Positions 14,736 through 28,450 of a stretch of DNA of 64,000 nucleotides are shown piece by piece. Origin of the DNA: Prorocentrum cordatum (Eukaryota); contig CAUYUJ010000266.1 of the NCBI GenBank assembly GCA_963575745.1, positions 1 through 64,000 of the forward strand, in the 5' to 3' direction. Made by a program: the position numbers and the translations under genes. The notes under the pieces are model-generated. The model did no database searches. It saw nothing but the letters and a program-made list of their open reading frames with translations, and was not told where the DNA came from. The number at the start of each line of letters is the position of its first letter. The first letter of the stretch is position 1.

Positions 14736-14855
14736 CCTCGTCGACGCTCCCCGCCGCCACCGCGCGCCGCCGCAGGCGCCGGCGCCGGCCCAGAAAACGA
14801 AATCGTCGACCCTGCTGCCGCCACCAGCAGCCGCCGACGCAGGCGCCGTCCCGAG

Positions 14856-14889
<34 letters not shown>

Positions 14890-15604
14890 ATAATTAGGGG
14901 AGAGGGGGGCTCGAACCCACCCCTCCGTCACGGGAGGGGGGTGGGGAGGTTCGAACCACCCCCCCCCCTCCATCCAAGGGGGTGGTGGGGGGTGCGGTTC
15001 CAACCCCCCCCACTCCAAGTGACCACAGAACGCGTTCTTGCAAATAGAGGAAGGAAAAAGCCATATATATATACATACATAAAGAAGGAGAATAATAAAG
15101 CAACAACATAAAAAAATAAAAAGAGAAACATACAGAAAAAACCAAAAAACAATGAGAGAGAGAGAGAGCCTTGGGTTTTCCCTGTGGCCGACCTCTCAAC
15201 CCGAATACTTGTTTGCCGGTCGCAAGGCCTGGGGAGGGCCAGTGGATCCCGAGTGCAACAACAAAATCGCCAATACCCTTGGACCCCTTGGAATAATAAT
15301 TCGAAACAAAACAGGGCAAAATAATAAGTGGAGAGCCGGAGATTTGGAGCAGGATGACGAGGGAGGAGAAACCGGAAAAGAAAAACTGTGATGGTAGGAA
15401 GAGGATGAGGAGGCGGAGGGGGCGATGGGGAACGAGGAGGAGATCGAGGAGGGGGAGAAGGCTGAGGAGGGGGAGGGGGAATAGAAAAACGACGAAAAGG
15501 TGGAGGAGGGGGGGGGCGACGAGGGGAAGGGTGACGAAGGACTCTTTCTTCCATACCGACACCAAGAGAATGCGCTCCGCCGCCACGTCCTCCCCCCTGC
15601 GCGC

Positions 15605-15684
15605 CTCTGCAAGTGCGGCGGCAACGCCCGCATTCTCTGCTGCGCCTCGGGGTCGGCGCCGCTGGTATTCAGGAAGTTCTCCAC
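15605..15684 (-). CDS. Host gene exon 6 (VENFLNTSGADPEAQQRMRALPPHLQ)
   Basis: Pyrimidine tract plus ggcag|G acceptor; AG|GC donor; 80 bp, phase 0 to 2. Confidence 0.8.
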
Positions 15685-16016
15685 CTGCCGGGGAAGGAGG
15701 AAGAGGAGGAGGAGGAAACGGAGGAAAAAAAAGAACGAGGAGAAATGGGCATGAATACGGAAAGGATGATGGTGATGATGATGGCGAGCATGACGACGAC
15801 GAGGGTGGTGATGATGATGGCGGTGGTGATGCTGATACTGCACCGTTGCGGCCCGCCTCGCGCCAGGGGGCGTCCCGCGGCGCACCGACACATCGAGCCG
15901 CGCGTGCTGGGCCTCGACCCCGACTGGGACGCACAGGTACAAACCAATGCTATATACGTCATCTTTGGAGGCGCGCGTCCGACCCGAACATATAGTAGAC
16001 CCATACTGTAATACTG

Positions 16017-16049
<33 letters not shown>

Positions 16050-19000
16050 ATATATATAATATATTATATATATATGTATGTATACGTATCCTTCCCCGAA
16101 CGGCGTGGCCAGAAAAAAACCCGCCGCGATGAATACACTAGAAGATTTTTCGGTGCGCGCGTCGCCCCTTGGGGGTGGCGACGCACCGACTGCCGCCGCC
16201 GTCGGTGGGAGCAGCGTGGCGCGCCGCCGCCCCCTGGGCGGCTGCGACAGGCCCGGGCGCCACGGCCCCGGCCAGGCGCACCGCCGCGTGGGCAGCCACG
16301 CGCCACGCCTCCGCGTAGCAGACAGGGTGCAGGGCGGGAGAAAAAACGCGCGCCAGGGAAGCACCCGCCACGCGCGCGCGCGGCGCCCCATCCCATGATT
16401 ATGGGTACCTGCGAAGCGCCCACGCCGCGGCGCTCGCATCTCTGGCGTGCGTCGCCCTGCCGCGCGCGCGCGACCTGCGCGCAAACCCAAGCCGCTTTGT
16501 GCCTGCCCACATCGGTGTGCGTCTGCTACCGCCCCCGCCGTCGTGGGCCTACCACAGATCGAGCCGCGCGCGCTGGGCCTCGACCCCGACTGCCGCCGTC
16601 GGTGGGAGCAGCGCGGTGCGAAGCTGCCCCCTGGGCGGCTGCGACGGACCCGGGCGCAACGGCGCTGGCCAGATGCGCCGCCGCTTGGGCATCCGCGCGC
16701 CGCGCCTGCGCGCAGAACCCACCGCCGAACGGCATGCAGGCGACGCGGACTGGCAAAGTGCGCGCGGCCCGCTGCAGAACGCGCGCGGGCAAAGCAAGCG
16801 CGCTGGCGCGCGCGCGCGGGAGTGAGCTTTCTGACGTGAAGAGCGTGGATTCGAAGATCATGGCAAGAACACGCACCAACAGTGATATCAACTGTAGCAG
16901 AGGCGCTCGACCCGAACGTCCAGTGGGTACGAGGTGGAGTTCACTATCCGCGCAAGCTCACGCGCGGTGCTGAACTGGCGCGCATGATAGACTTACCCTT
17001 TTCAATGTGAGCATGCAACTTCCAACACCTCGCAACAACATTGCAGCACCATCGAGATCAACTGCACAGTAGGCGCCCCCCACGAAAGTCAACAAAGAAA
17101 AATAGTCGCGCCAGTTCACCTGATGCTGCTCCTGCTCCTCCTGCTGTCGCTCGTGTCCCTTCGCCTCGGCGCGCCTGCCTCCGCCTCGTCGCTATCATTA
17201 GTGTTACTCTTACTTGCAATATAAGATAATTGTGAAATGACTGTTCGTAATTCAATGATTCGTAGTATTACCAATAAGAACATATCAACAATACTAATAC
17301 TAGCATTGCTATTCTCACTTCGGTTTAAAGATGACCATATTATAGTTCGTACGAGTAATCACAATATTCCGCGTCTGCTTCGTAATATTCGCATTCCTCT
17401 TCTTCTTCTCATTATTATTTTCATCATTACTGGTATTCCTCTTCTTCTTCCTCCCCGCCCTCCTCTTCCTGCTCCTCGTCCTCCTGCTGCTCCTTCTGTT
17501 CCTGCTCCTGTTCCGGTTCCTGTTCCGGTTCCTGCTCCGGTTCCGGTTCCTGTTCCTGTTCCTGTTCCTCCTCCTTTTCTTCCTCGGGGGGTGGGGCGGC
17601 AACCTCCTCGCGACTGGCCTGCCGCATCCCGGTCACGGGCCCTGCGGGGGCGCGGCCAGGGGCAGGGAGGAAAACAAAGGCGAGGAAGGCGTGGGCGAGG
17701 ACAAGGGTGAAGGAGGAGAGTCGGCAGCAGGACGAGGGGGGGCGAGGGGGGAAGGAGGACGGGGACGACGAGAGCAGGAGGGCGAGGGAAAGCCCTGGGG
17801 GGGCGGGGGGAAGGATGCGGGAGGGGGGGCGCTCACGGGGGGAAGCTCGGGTCGAACGAGAGGGGGGGACTAGCGAATCACCTCACGCAGCTGATTTTCC
17901 CTGCGCCCCCGGCGCCCACGCATCGAGAAAAGGCCCGCGGCGGCAGGGCCGAAACCAGCCGCGTGCAGCAGATTTCGCACTCCCGAAACACGCGGCCTAG
18001 TACTTGGCGACGCGTCGCTGGAGCCGCGAAGGTTGGGTTCACAAGCGGTCGCAAGCCTCCCCCGAGGGCCCGTTCCGGCAGTTCAAAGCTGGGGCCCCGC
18101 CAGACGAGGGGGCCCTACTATCAGAAGGCGGCCCCCGCGTGAACTTGCACTGCTTGAGGACCCCCTTCCTCAGGTCCCCGTCAGGGCCCCATCCTTGAAC
18201 CGCTGACTGCCCCTGGTGCAGGTTCGTTTCCGGATTGGGAGAACTGGGAGGTTACCGACACCACTACTCTGTGGACTCCTCCCGGGGCGCGTTTCGAGCA
18301 ACGGCAGCGGGGCGTCCCTTCGCCCTCCGCCGAGGCCCCCCCCCCCGTAGGGCCCGACAACGCCCCCCCGTAGGGCCGAGCAGGAACGGCGAAACGCCTC
18401 CGCCACGGCCCCCCCCCCCCGCCGATTCCTCGAGGAAGCCCGGGGGCCCCGCCCGCGCCGGCGCGGCCCCCGGCGGCCGCGCCTCTCCGCGCGCGGAGGG
18501 CCCCCGTGCCCGAAGAGAGCCAGACGCCCCAGGCCCTCGATCCCGAGCCCAGGGCGGGACCCAAACGTTTTCGTGTTGCTTTGTTTTGTTTTCGTTTTCG
18601 TTCTCGTTTTGTTTTCGTTTCCCCTCGCTTCTGCCTCGCATCCGCCTTCACCTCGCAGCGAAGTCGACACGAAGGAAAACGGCCCACGAAGTCGCCAAAG
18701 ACACCGTTTGGGTCCAGCCCTGTGGACCCCCGTGGTGGATACAGTCGATCCATGGCCACGGGAACGCAGATGGGGAGCATGGGCCCCTGCGCCGAGGGGC
18801 CAGAGCCCAGTGGAGATTCCCATACCTAACGACCCAGAACGACTTGGCGTCCCTGGGTGGAAACCCTAACAAGGAAGAACATGCGGGCATCGCTCTCAAA
18901 TGCAGGGGTGCTCGTACCCTTCGTGCCAGCTGCAACTGTTGCGGAGCCGGAAGAGGGAAGTGGACATCCCAGCGAACGCACGACTGAGTGAAGCACGCAT

Positions 19001-20129
19001 GGGCCTCGGACCTTGCTTCAAGTGGCGCGGATACACCAAAACATGAATGCCAAACGATCGACTGGCAGTCCATCCCTTCGAAAAACAGTGGCACATTTCC
19101 GAGAAAAACACTCGGACTCCCGCGACGCTCTGGACCCCCCCCCCCGCCCACCCCATCCAAACAAAAGTCCCCCCCCATCCAAAAAGAAAACACGGACCCC
19201 GCGCGCGCTGGCGCGGCGCCGGATTTGGTGGAAACGGGCCCTGGGCCGGCTTCGTCCTGACTCGCTGTTGGACGGTCCTGTGGCCCCTGGGAAGGCTTCG
19301 GGAACGTCAGAACGGTGAAAACACGACAGGGGATCTGTGCACAACCTCCATGCCTGGCCAAGGCCGTATTTTGCCCGGCACGGTGCATGCGCCCTCCTGG
19401 ACGAGGCCAGGATGGTCTACACACCACCCTGGGGCCCAGGATGGCCCTGGCCAGGCGCGGTGGTGGTGCAGAGGCGTTTTCTGCTGCCCCCCCCCGAGAC
19501 CCGAAGAAGGAGGCGCCGTGCACGTCACAGGTGCGTGGGAAGGAAAAGTGGCGCCGACGCGACAGCAGCACAACGCCGTGAAGCAGCTCGAACATCCCAG
19601 CAGCGCCATTTCCATGGGCAGGGGCTGTCTAACAGATCCTTCGCTATCGTGCACGCCCCGCTCGCCTGGAAGTCCGCCGCCCCGAGGCGCACGACCAGGG
19701 AATACAGAGGCAGCAGGGGGCAAAAAGGGGGGACGTCGCCCGGGAACCAGGACGAGCCTGGAGCAGGGGGAAGAAGGGTGGGCGAGCGACAGGGACGACA
19801 GCTGCGAGGAGGGGAAGGGGGCGAAAAACCAGACGGCAGCCCGAAAACGAGCAGGAAGGAAAGCAACCAGAGGAACGACGCAAAACGGTGGATGAGGAGG
19901 AGGAGGCGACGACGCCACCCAGAGGGCGACCTGGCGGGGAGCTGAAGCAACATTCCGGCTTGGACAACTCGTCCTGTGAAACCCGCGATGAAAATCAGAT
20001 GCCAGAGAAACTGGGGGAATGGGAGCGGAGGTGGAGAAGAGGCACGACTCACGCGACTCACACGTGGAAAAGAAACGCCTGGCAGCTACCTGCCACGCGC
20101 CAGGCGGGTTTTGCAACATTCCGCGCAGC

Positions 20130-21720
20130 GCGTCGGTATTTCTGGCTACTCTGACAGCCAGTTCGTGGACGTTTCGTTTCCGCGCGTTTTTTGGCATTCC
20201 CCTCTTGCGGGGGCCGTCTCCCCCTGGCGAATCCCAAACAAATGCAGTTTAAACGCGCAGAGCCGAACGGGGCAGTCGTCCGGCTGAAGTGCTATCCGAC
20301 CCAACATGCACACCTGCTTGCACGCAAGAACGGTGCTGAGTCTGCAAACGTCGCAAATCTTCAACGCGGTCGCGTTGCAGACGCGGCTAGAATATCATAT
20401 GAATGGCCGACGCTGGCCATTTAGCGCAGACGCCGCGCGTAAAAACCGCCGAATTTGCTGCTGTCAGGCGCGTCGAGCCACAACGTAAAGGCAGTCCATT
20501 GATTTAGCTACGACGCAGACTTCAAATTTGGCAGACTTTTCTTGCGCAGGGGCAAACGAGCGTGCTTCCAGATTGTGCACAGTGTGAAAAAAAACGTGTA
20601 CGCCGTGCCAACCCTCCTCCTCAGTTCCGCGGTTAGTAGCCCGAAGAAACCAGAAGGCCTCCGAAATACACCATTCTCACCATTATGTCTTTCTGCGGGA
20701 TCGGTGCGCCGTATTGCCCGCGAATGTCCGCTTCGCAACGCAAGTACAGAGCTTCCAACTTGTCCCAGCTGAGAAAAAAACAGGTCGTATGTATAGCCTT
20801 TCCTTGGATTGCCTGCATCAGCGCGCCGGCAAGCCCGGCGGTCGACCCGACCAGCAGAGTGTCGTCCGCGTCGTGGATGAGCTCGCTGACTGGGAAGCCG
20901 CCTGTCGCCAGGAATCCCCTGGGAAAACTGCCGTTGCGTCGTGCATCAGCGCGGCCATGACGATCGAGAAGGGGAATGGCGAAAATGGCCTTCCCTGAGG
21001 GACCCCGAGCTCTTCCACATGTTGTTCTGACAGCGCCCCGGCGTCGCGGACTTGGAAAGAGCGATCCATGTAGATCGGTCGCGGCAAAGAAGCTGGGCAC
21101 ACCGAAGCGCAAGAGCGCTTGCACCAGGGCGTCCGGCGAGACGCTGTCGAAAGCCTTGGCCCAATCCGAGGCTAGGAAACTAGCTTGCTCGATTGTGCGT
21201 CTCGAGCGTCTTCGCTGAGTCTTCACGCCGTAAACATCGGGAGCGGCCAAGAGGGGGGTGTCCAAGAGGAGGGGGTGCAAGTCATGACCGGCGGCATGTG
21301 CGCGGCCCAGCGGGGGGGGCCAGGGACGCAATGAAATAAGAAGGGGCGCCATGAAATCTGGGGAAATATCATGGCCCGCGCCATGAAATCCCCCCCCCCC
21401 TAGTCATCACCCCCCTCTTTTCCGCTCCCGAAAACAATGCCTCGGAAGTCCCCCATCCTGATCGGAATCCAAACTCGGCCTTCCAAACCCGGGGCTCTGC
21501 GCCCGTGCCTTTCCGTCGGTTGAGCAGCGCAGCTGCGTCAAGCCTGTGGCCAACGGGGAACACCGAGATGAAGCAATAGTTTGCGCACTGCGCCGTGCCC
21601 CCCTTCTTGATGGCTGTCGCGACGGCCTGGTGCCACGCACATTGAAGGAACCGATAAGTACCGATACCGCTACTCCCTGGACCTCTCCCACAGTGCGGAA
21701 AGACCAGAACTTTGAGGCGA
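20130..21720 (-). pseudogene. Decayed LINE reverse transcriptase and C-terminal region
   Basis: NYCFISVF, EFGFRSGWGTSEALF, DWAKAFDSVS, GVPQGRPFSPFPF and DADDTLLVG in frameshifted pieces. Confidence 0.88.
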
Positions 21721-21974
21721 ATCCAGCGGTGGCGACGAGAGCCTCCCAGGAGGCCCGAAAAAGGGAAACGGGCGGAGAGGAGCGGTATGGTTGGGATCCG
21801 CCAGACAGGGGGGGTGACCCTGAAGGGGGCATGAGTTGGATGTGCACCGGACTGCCGCAAACAGATGCCCCCCGCATGCCCCACCTATCGTCAACTATCG
21901 TGAGCTACCAGCGGCTGGGTGGCATCTGTTTTGGGCAGTTCGCAGTTCGGTGCAAAAACCGATCGAACTCCCCC

Positions 21975-22013
<39 letters not shown>

Positions 22014-22394
22014 CACCCACTCCCCAGGACCGGTGTCTCACCCCGAGCCGTGTTTTTTCGCGGTCCCAGGGCCCCGCGAGGGCCCCGACCATCGAGGAAC
22101 AGCCCCGTCTTGACTGTTGTCCATACGTTGGAGCTCTGGGCCCCGAGCTGCGGCTGCCCTGACTCCGGATCCGCCCTACTTTGGGGAAGTTCGTAAGTAG
22201 GGCTTGGAATTTCCGCCTTACTTTTCAAGCCCCGCTGATGCCAATTTCCTCCGCTCTATTTCTTATGTTGTTGTTTACTTCTGTGGATTTTCGCTGTATT
22301 TTATGTTGGGTGCAGAAATTTCCGCCCTACTTTTTCGGCTTCTATCAGTGGATTTCCAACGCAATTATAAGTTGGAAATTAGCCTGACGAAAGA

Positions 22395-23206
22395 CCCAAC
22401 CATACGTAGTTGTGAATACCGCAATTGTGGATATATTCTTCGGTGGCGCCCCCGGGCCACGAAACGAGTGAGGGGTGTGCCGAAATGGGGGGGTGGAACC
22501 GCATGCGAGCGCAGCCACTGGGGCGCTCGGTGGAGCTCCCTATGGGGCCACGAAACGTGTGAGGGGTGTGCCAGAATGGGGGGTGGAACCGCATGCGGGC
22601 GCAGCCACTGGGGCCTTCGGTGGAGCTCCCTATGGGGCCACGAAACGTGTGAGGGGTGTGCCAGAATGGGAGGTGGAACCGCATGCGGGCGCAGCCACTG
22701 GGGCCTTCGGTGGAGCTCCCTATGGGGCCACGAAACGTGTGAGGGGTGTGCCAGAACGGGGGGGTGGAACCGCATGCGGGCGCAGCCACTGGGGCCTTCG
22801 GTGGAGCTCCCCCCCCCACTATGGTGGCCACGAGAGTAGTGAGTGGTGATGTGATGCAGAATGGAGGCGTGGAATCCGGCTATGCGGGGCGCAGCCACTG
22901 GGGCCTTCGGTGGAGCTCCCTTTGGGGCCACGAAACGTGTGAGGGGTGTGCCAGAAGGGGGGGTGGAACCGCATGCGGGCGCAGCCACTGGGGCCTTCGG
23001 TGGAGCTCCCTATGGGGCCACGAAACGTGTGAGGGGTGTGCCAGAATGGGGGGCGGAACCGCATGCGGGCGCAGCCACTGGGGCCTTCGGTGGAGCTCCC
23101 TATGGAGCCACGAAACGTGTGAGGGGTGTGCCAGAATGGGGGGTGGAACCGCATGCGGGCGCAGCAACAGGGGCCTTCGGTTGGAGGCGCCTATGGCTGG
23201 CACGAA
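22395..23206 (+). repeat. 90-bp tandem satellite (about 8 copies), ending at a gap
   Basis: ggtggagctccctatggggccacgaaacgtgtgagggg at 90-bp spacing; homologous to the array at 55.4 kb. Confidence 0.93.
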
Positions 23207-23306
23207 NNNNNNNNNNNNNNNNNNNNNNNNNNNNNNNNNNNNNNNNNNNNNNNNNNNNNNNNNNNNNNNNNNNNNNNNNNNNNNNNNNNNNNNNNNNNNN
23301 NNNNNN
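23207..23306. other. Assembly gap (100 N)
   Basis: N run. Confidence 1.
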
Positions 23307-26300
23307 AGGAGGAGGAGGGGGCCCATCGGCCAACGCCAACCGCCCGGAAGCGACGCATCTGGCGAACAGCCCAATGGCAGGCATTCCGCGCGCTCGCCAG
23401 AAACCCCACCGAGAATGCGCGGACCACTTTGCACCCTTGCATGCACGTCTTGTTCCCCCTGGGATATTCGCCCCGATCGTCGCCTCCGACCTATTGCCGC
23501 CGCCGGCATCGTTTCTGTCGTCGACGATGACGGGGGAGGGAGGAGGAGGAGGAGGAGGAGGAGGAGGAGGAGGAGGAGGAGGAGGAAGAGGAGGAGGACG
23601 AGGAGGAGGAGGAGGAGGAAAAGGTTGTAAAAAGGTATGGGCGCTCCATGGGCAGGTCTGAAAGAAAAGCTAACGAATTCCGAAGCTCTTGCAGGTGGTG
23701 ATAGATCTGAGAGGCAAGGGGGGGGGGAAACCGACGGGGCGAGAACCAAACAAAAACGGGGGGGAGGGAGACGTCGGCAGGCTAACGGAGCGCGGGAGGA
23801 AGAGATAACACGGGGACGAGCAGGCAGGACCGACCGAGCAAAAAACTGAGCGAGCAGGAGTGCATAGGGACATGGCGGGAGAAGGAGAAGCAAAGGGGCC
23901 GAACCGAGGATGGGGTGCACCTGTTTCGTTTCAAATTCTGATTTGCTCATTTTTGTTTAAGAAGCCTTGTATATAAAAACTGACGTTAAAAACAGAAACG
24001 GCCATACGAACGAACGAATATTGCTAGACGCTGCTCGGGGGCTCTTTAGAGCAAATCGTAGGCTTGTGAACATAATGCCCCGGAGCGTTCGTTCAATTGT
24101 TTATTTGTGTCGTGTCCTCCGTCGTTGCTGTGCGCATGATCCCTGCTTTTCGTTAATTGATCGTCCGCTGAACGCACCACAGCTGCCATCACGCAACCGT
24201 GAAGTCAGCTGGTCGGTTTAGTCGCGACTCTCTTCGGGTCCATTTCTTGCAGTCAGAACCTCCACTGCTTGTCTGATCCCACGGCATTCCCCCTCCTGCT
24301 TGCCCCAAAGTTCGGGGTCGCAACCTAGAGCTGTAGAGCGCGCGCCCCCAAGGGGTCGACGCCCTGCCCGAGGGCAGCGGCTGCGAGCAGGAAGAGTGGG
24401 GGGTCGGCAACTGAAAGCACCGAGGGAAGTGAAAGACGATATCGATCTTCTCGACGGCACCACAGACATGATTGATGCGCGAATCTGCCTGCCACCCATT
24501 GTAGTCAACGCCAGTGACCTGCTAGCTGCTAGCCAATGACTATGCACATCTGGAATGTGGCTCGGCGGTGATCTTCTGCTTCCCCATGCGCAGGTACAGC
24601 GGGAGTCACTGAACAACGGCACCTCGACCGCGAGCTGGCTGCTCTCGTTGCTACGGGGGTTCTCCTCGAGGTCGTCGCCCCTCGCGCCGGCTTACGGCGC
24701 CTCCCGCCACGACCCAAGCGGCGACGCACTTTCTGCTTGGCTGGAGACTTCGCGCTTCTTCATAGAGGCCCCCCCCCCACCCACCCCCCTTGAACTGCCA
24801 TCCGCGGGCCCCCCGCGCCTCTGGGTCAGCGAGTCGACCGGCGGCCTCTTCGGGATCCATCCGCGCACGCTCCAAGTCTCTAGGTTCTTCGGGACAAAAG
24901 TGGGGCGGTTCACCCAACCGCGCGCCTCCCGCGCCCTGGGTTCTTCGGGCCCCACTTCATCGCGTCCACGTTGTCCTTAGTGCCTCGTTGTTGCTGTCGC
25001 GCGGATGTTCACTTCGCTGCGAGCTTGCTGTCTCCTATGATCGGCTCGCCCGCCCGGCGCGTGTCGCAGATTGCTCGAGGGGCATGATTTGCCCGATGTG
25101 CCCCCCCGTCGCGTCGTCCCTGGTCGCCCCGAGGTACTCGATGGATTTACCGATTTTCCTCCTCTGCCTCTCCAAGATGACGAGGCCCTTCTGCTTGTCC
25201 ATCCCCTCCGCTGGGCCCGCGCAGGCGCGGGCCCTGTGGCGCCCCGAACCCACCTCGATGCGCCCATCGCGGTTGGCAAGGTTGCGGATCGCAAAATCCG
25301 CGTTCATGAGCCTGCTTGGCTGCCGTCGCGCCGTAGCTCGTGGCTCTCGATGGCGCCGTCGGCCCCGGCGAGTGCGCATTTGGACTCGCGCGCCGCCCCG
25401 CCCCCCCGGTTGGCCGCGCCCGCCCGCGTTCGCGCCGGCGCGAACTGCTTGCGTCGAAGGGCGCGCAAAAAATTCGCGCAAATCCCCAGACTTCTTATAC
25501 TTCCTCATATTTTTGGGGTCTCCGTCTTCCCCCCGCCTCCCATTTTCTTAAATATTCCTGGGGGTCGCAGATTCTTCCCTCCTGATTTCTGTATGTTAGC
25601 CGAAACATCTGCTGAGCCCACATCTCGCGTTGTTTCCGTACTCGCCGTAGCCCCGGATGCGCCGGCGGGCGGCGGCTCGCCCGCCCTTCGGCCGGCGCCG
25701 GCCCGGCGCGAGGAGGATTCGGTCTCGGCGCCCCTCCCGCAGCTGAGGGGCGCTCTCGGCGCAGTCCCCGGAGCCCCCCAGGGGCCAACCTGAGTCGCGA
25801 CAAGATGCGGCATGTCCGATCGCGCCCGACGCGCTCTCCGCAGCGCTGGGCGACGGGAATGCGGAGGGGCCCCGCCTTGCAATGGACGGTGGTAGGTCCG
25901 CTGCCACCCGCTCAATTGTAGGTGGCAGGTCATGGTCTTCGCCGATGGCGCCGACGCGTTTGCTGGAGTCGGCAGGGCACTCGCCCTTGTTGCAGGTCCT
26001 GCCTCGCCCCCCCCTGGCCTAAACGTCAGCAGGTTGCAATGCGTCGCTCTGGTCGAAATCCGAATGCAAGTCGCTATATATTTGCATGCTTGTTTGAACG
26101 CTTCGCCTGGCCAGCCATTCCAGGCGTTTGCGTCGATCGGGGCCGCGGCTTCTTTCGTTCGCGACCTCCCTCTCCTATAATGGGCCCCCCCCCTCCGCCC
26201 GGCCCAGCCCGGTCGTCGGCCCTCCGCCTCGCCCTGCCTCTGCGTCGAGGCCCAGCGCAGCATGGCCCGGCGCGGCATTGCCCTCCGCCGCGCCCTGCCC

Positions 26301-27599
26301 AGGGCATCAAGCGTTCGTCTTTGAAGTTTACCGCGCCAATCGCCGCCCTCGCGCTCGGCGGTGGGTAGATAGCACGCAGCGCGCCCCCCTTCGAACCGCC
26401 GTCGCCGCCCTGGCCTTCGGCGCGCGCGCCTCCACCGCCTAGCATGAAGAGACCGCCTGCGACGCGACGCCCCACGCCGTGCGCAAGCGAGGCCATGTGC
26501 GCCCGCTGCTGCAGCGCGCTCAGGCTCGACGACAGGCCGGCCCCAGGCGCCCCCTCGGCTGCCCGACCCCCCCCGAAGTCAGGAGACAGCCTGGGGAATT
26601 CGGCCTCGACAGTCCTGGAAGGATGCGCGGTTTGCCAAGACATCTGCAGACTTCCCTCCCCGACGGCGCGAAAGTTCCAGTCGCCGCAGAGACGCAGAGG
26701 CTTTGTGAGCGGCGAGAATCCGACGACGCACGCGGGCGGGCAGTTGCTCCAGTTGGGCGACGCCGAGGCCGGGTCGACGCGGGCGCCCGCCATCTGCAGC
26801 GCGACCCGAGGCCACCACTGGCGAACCACATCTACGCGCCCGCGTTCCACGCCGCGGCGCTACACCCATGAAAACTGGCGCAGAATACGAAGGCCGAGGA
26901 ATATCGCGCGTCCATCAGCAGGGGCGCGATACGCAGGTAAGAAAGGGCCGTGCCCTTTCAGGCCCAGAAATCCGCGCAAGCCAGATCCAAGTCAAGTTGG
27001 GGGCCTGGCGACTCCTGCGCACAAGCGATAGACTGCGTTCCAATTATTCTCGGCCGGGGCGCTCGGGGTTGACCGGGGGGTCCCGAACAGAGACCGCGCA
27101 TTCTAATAATCTCTTGAAAACGCGAAAGTCTGCCCATGGGCACCCGCTGGGACCCCGGGCGAGCAAGAAGAGGAAGAGCTGGGGGAAGGCGACGAGGAGG
27201 AACTCTCTCAGTCACTACTATCAGCACGGCTACTGCTTGACGCATCTAGAGACGCGCCCACTGCCCCCCCCCACACACACACACACACCTCCCAAAACGC
27301 ACCCCACAAGCAGACGATGCCTGCCTGTCCCGCTCGATTCTGCCAAGCGCATATGTTGAACTTCCTATTACGTGCTGTCTACGGCGGCGGCGGCCATCTC
27401 ATCTGCCTCCCCTTTGCGATCTTATAGCGGAGCAGCGTGTCGCGCTCTGGATCGGCAGCCCGCGGGCTGCGATCATGAGTCTTCAGCGCGACAAGGTTGT
27501 CGACCTTGTCGTCGGCCACCAGGAACATATTGCCGCGGCGCCCATTGCATCCAAGTTGCCAAGTCTGAGCATCAGGTGCGCTGACATGCCAGTGATCAT

Positions 27600-28450
27600 T
27601 GCACATCTGCCACTACTGCCCCAAGACTCGATGTTTGGCGCGAGCAGCCGTCGGTGCGTCGAAGCGCACGCGCAGCGGAATAGAACCATTCTGGCGCTTG
27701 TCGAACCACTGAAGCTTATCGAACAAGCCTGCTCAACGAACAACTTGGCGGAGTTCTCATATTTGAACGCTTGTAGCAGGTTCTTTGCACGCTGACTTTG
27801 GTAGGCCTGCGGGAAGAGATGCTCGATGTCGACGGCGCAGTGCTGAAGGACTCGCTTAACAGGGGCCTGGGAAAACCACCAACTCAGACGTGTTTTGGTG
27901 CCGCCAGCAAGCGAGCCACCATCATGCGCGCGAAGAGCACCTCCCCCCAGCAGCGGCAGGAGCCGCAGAAGATGGCGGACGACGGTTGCTGATAGCAGCC
28001 AAGTCACTTTCTACCTTCTCGAAGCGGCTCTTCAAGGACTGGGCGAGCTGGTTCTCGCCGATCTGGGCCTACTCGACAGCCTGTTCCTGCGCGGACTGGG
28101 CGTTCTTCCGATCCATGTCATCGATCCGCTTTCCCTGTGCTGCAACATCCACCTTCATCTGGTTCATATCGTTCCTCACTGTCATCTCCTCGCCTGGATC
28201 TCGACTGCGAGTCGCTGGCTTCCCCATCATCGCAGTAGGTCGTGTGATGCTGGCGGCGGTCTCCAAAACGCTCTCTACGCATCTCGGGACTTCGCGAGCT
28301 GCTGTCATCCATATCGTCCTTGAAACCGCGACTCCAAAGGGAGCGTTCGGATCGCTGGCCGCGAGTCCCCGTCGCAGCAGAGACAGGTGGAGAGACTGGA
28401 ATGTGACGAATGCTTGCGAGAAAACTGGCTGGAAGCGGGAGTCCAACCCC
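27600..28450 (-). pseudogene. Possible decayed LINE ORF1-like coiled-coil fragment
   Basis: Heptad-like VRNDMNQMKVDVAAQGKRIDDMDRK and downstream FKYENSAKLFVE, with stops and frameshifts. Confidence 0.4.

Noticed and set aside
18861..18870. Telomere-like AAACCCTAA
   Set aside because: A single unit, expected by chance.
25750..25790. Extra host exon (VGPWGAPGTAPR)
   Set aside because: An acceptor is present but there is no phase-compatible donor, and the model joins without it.
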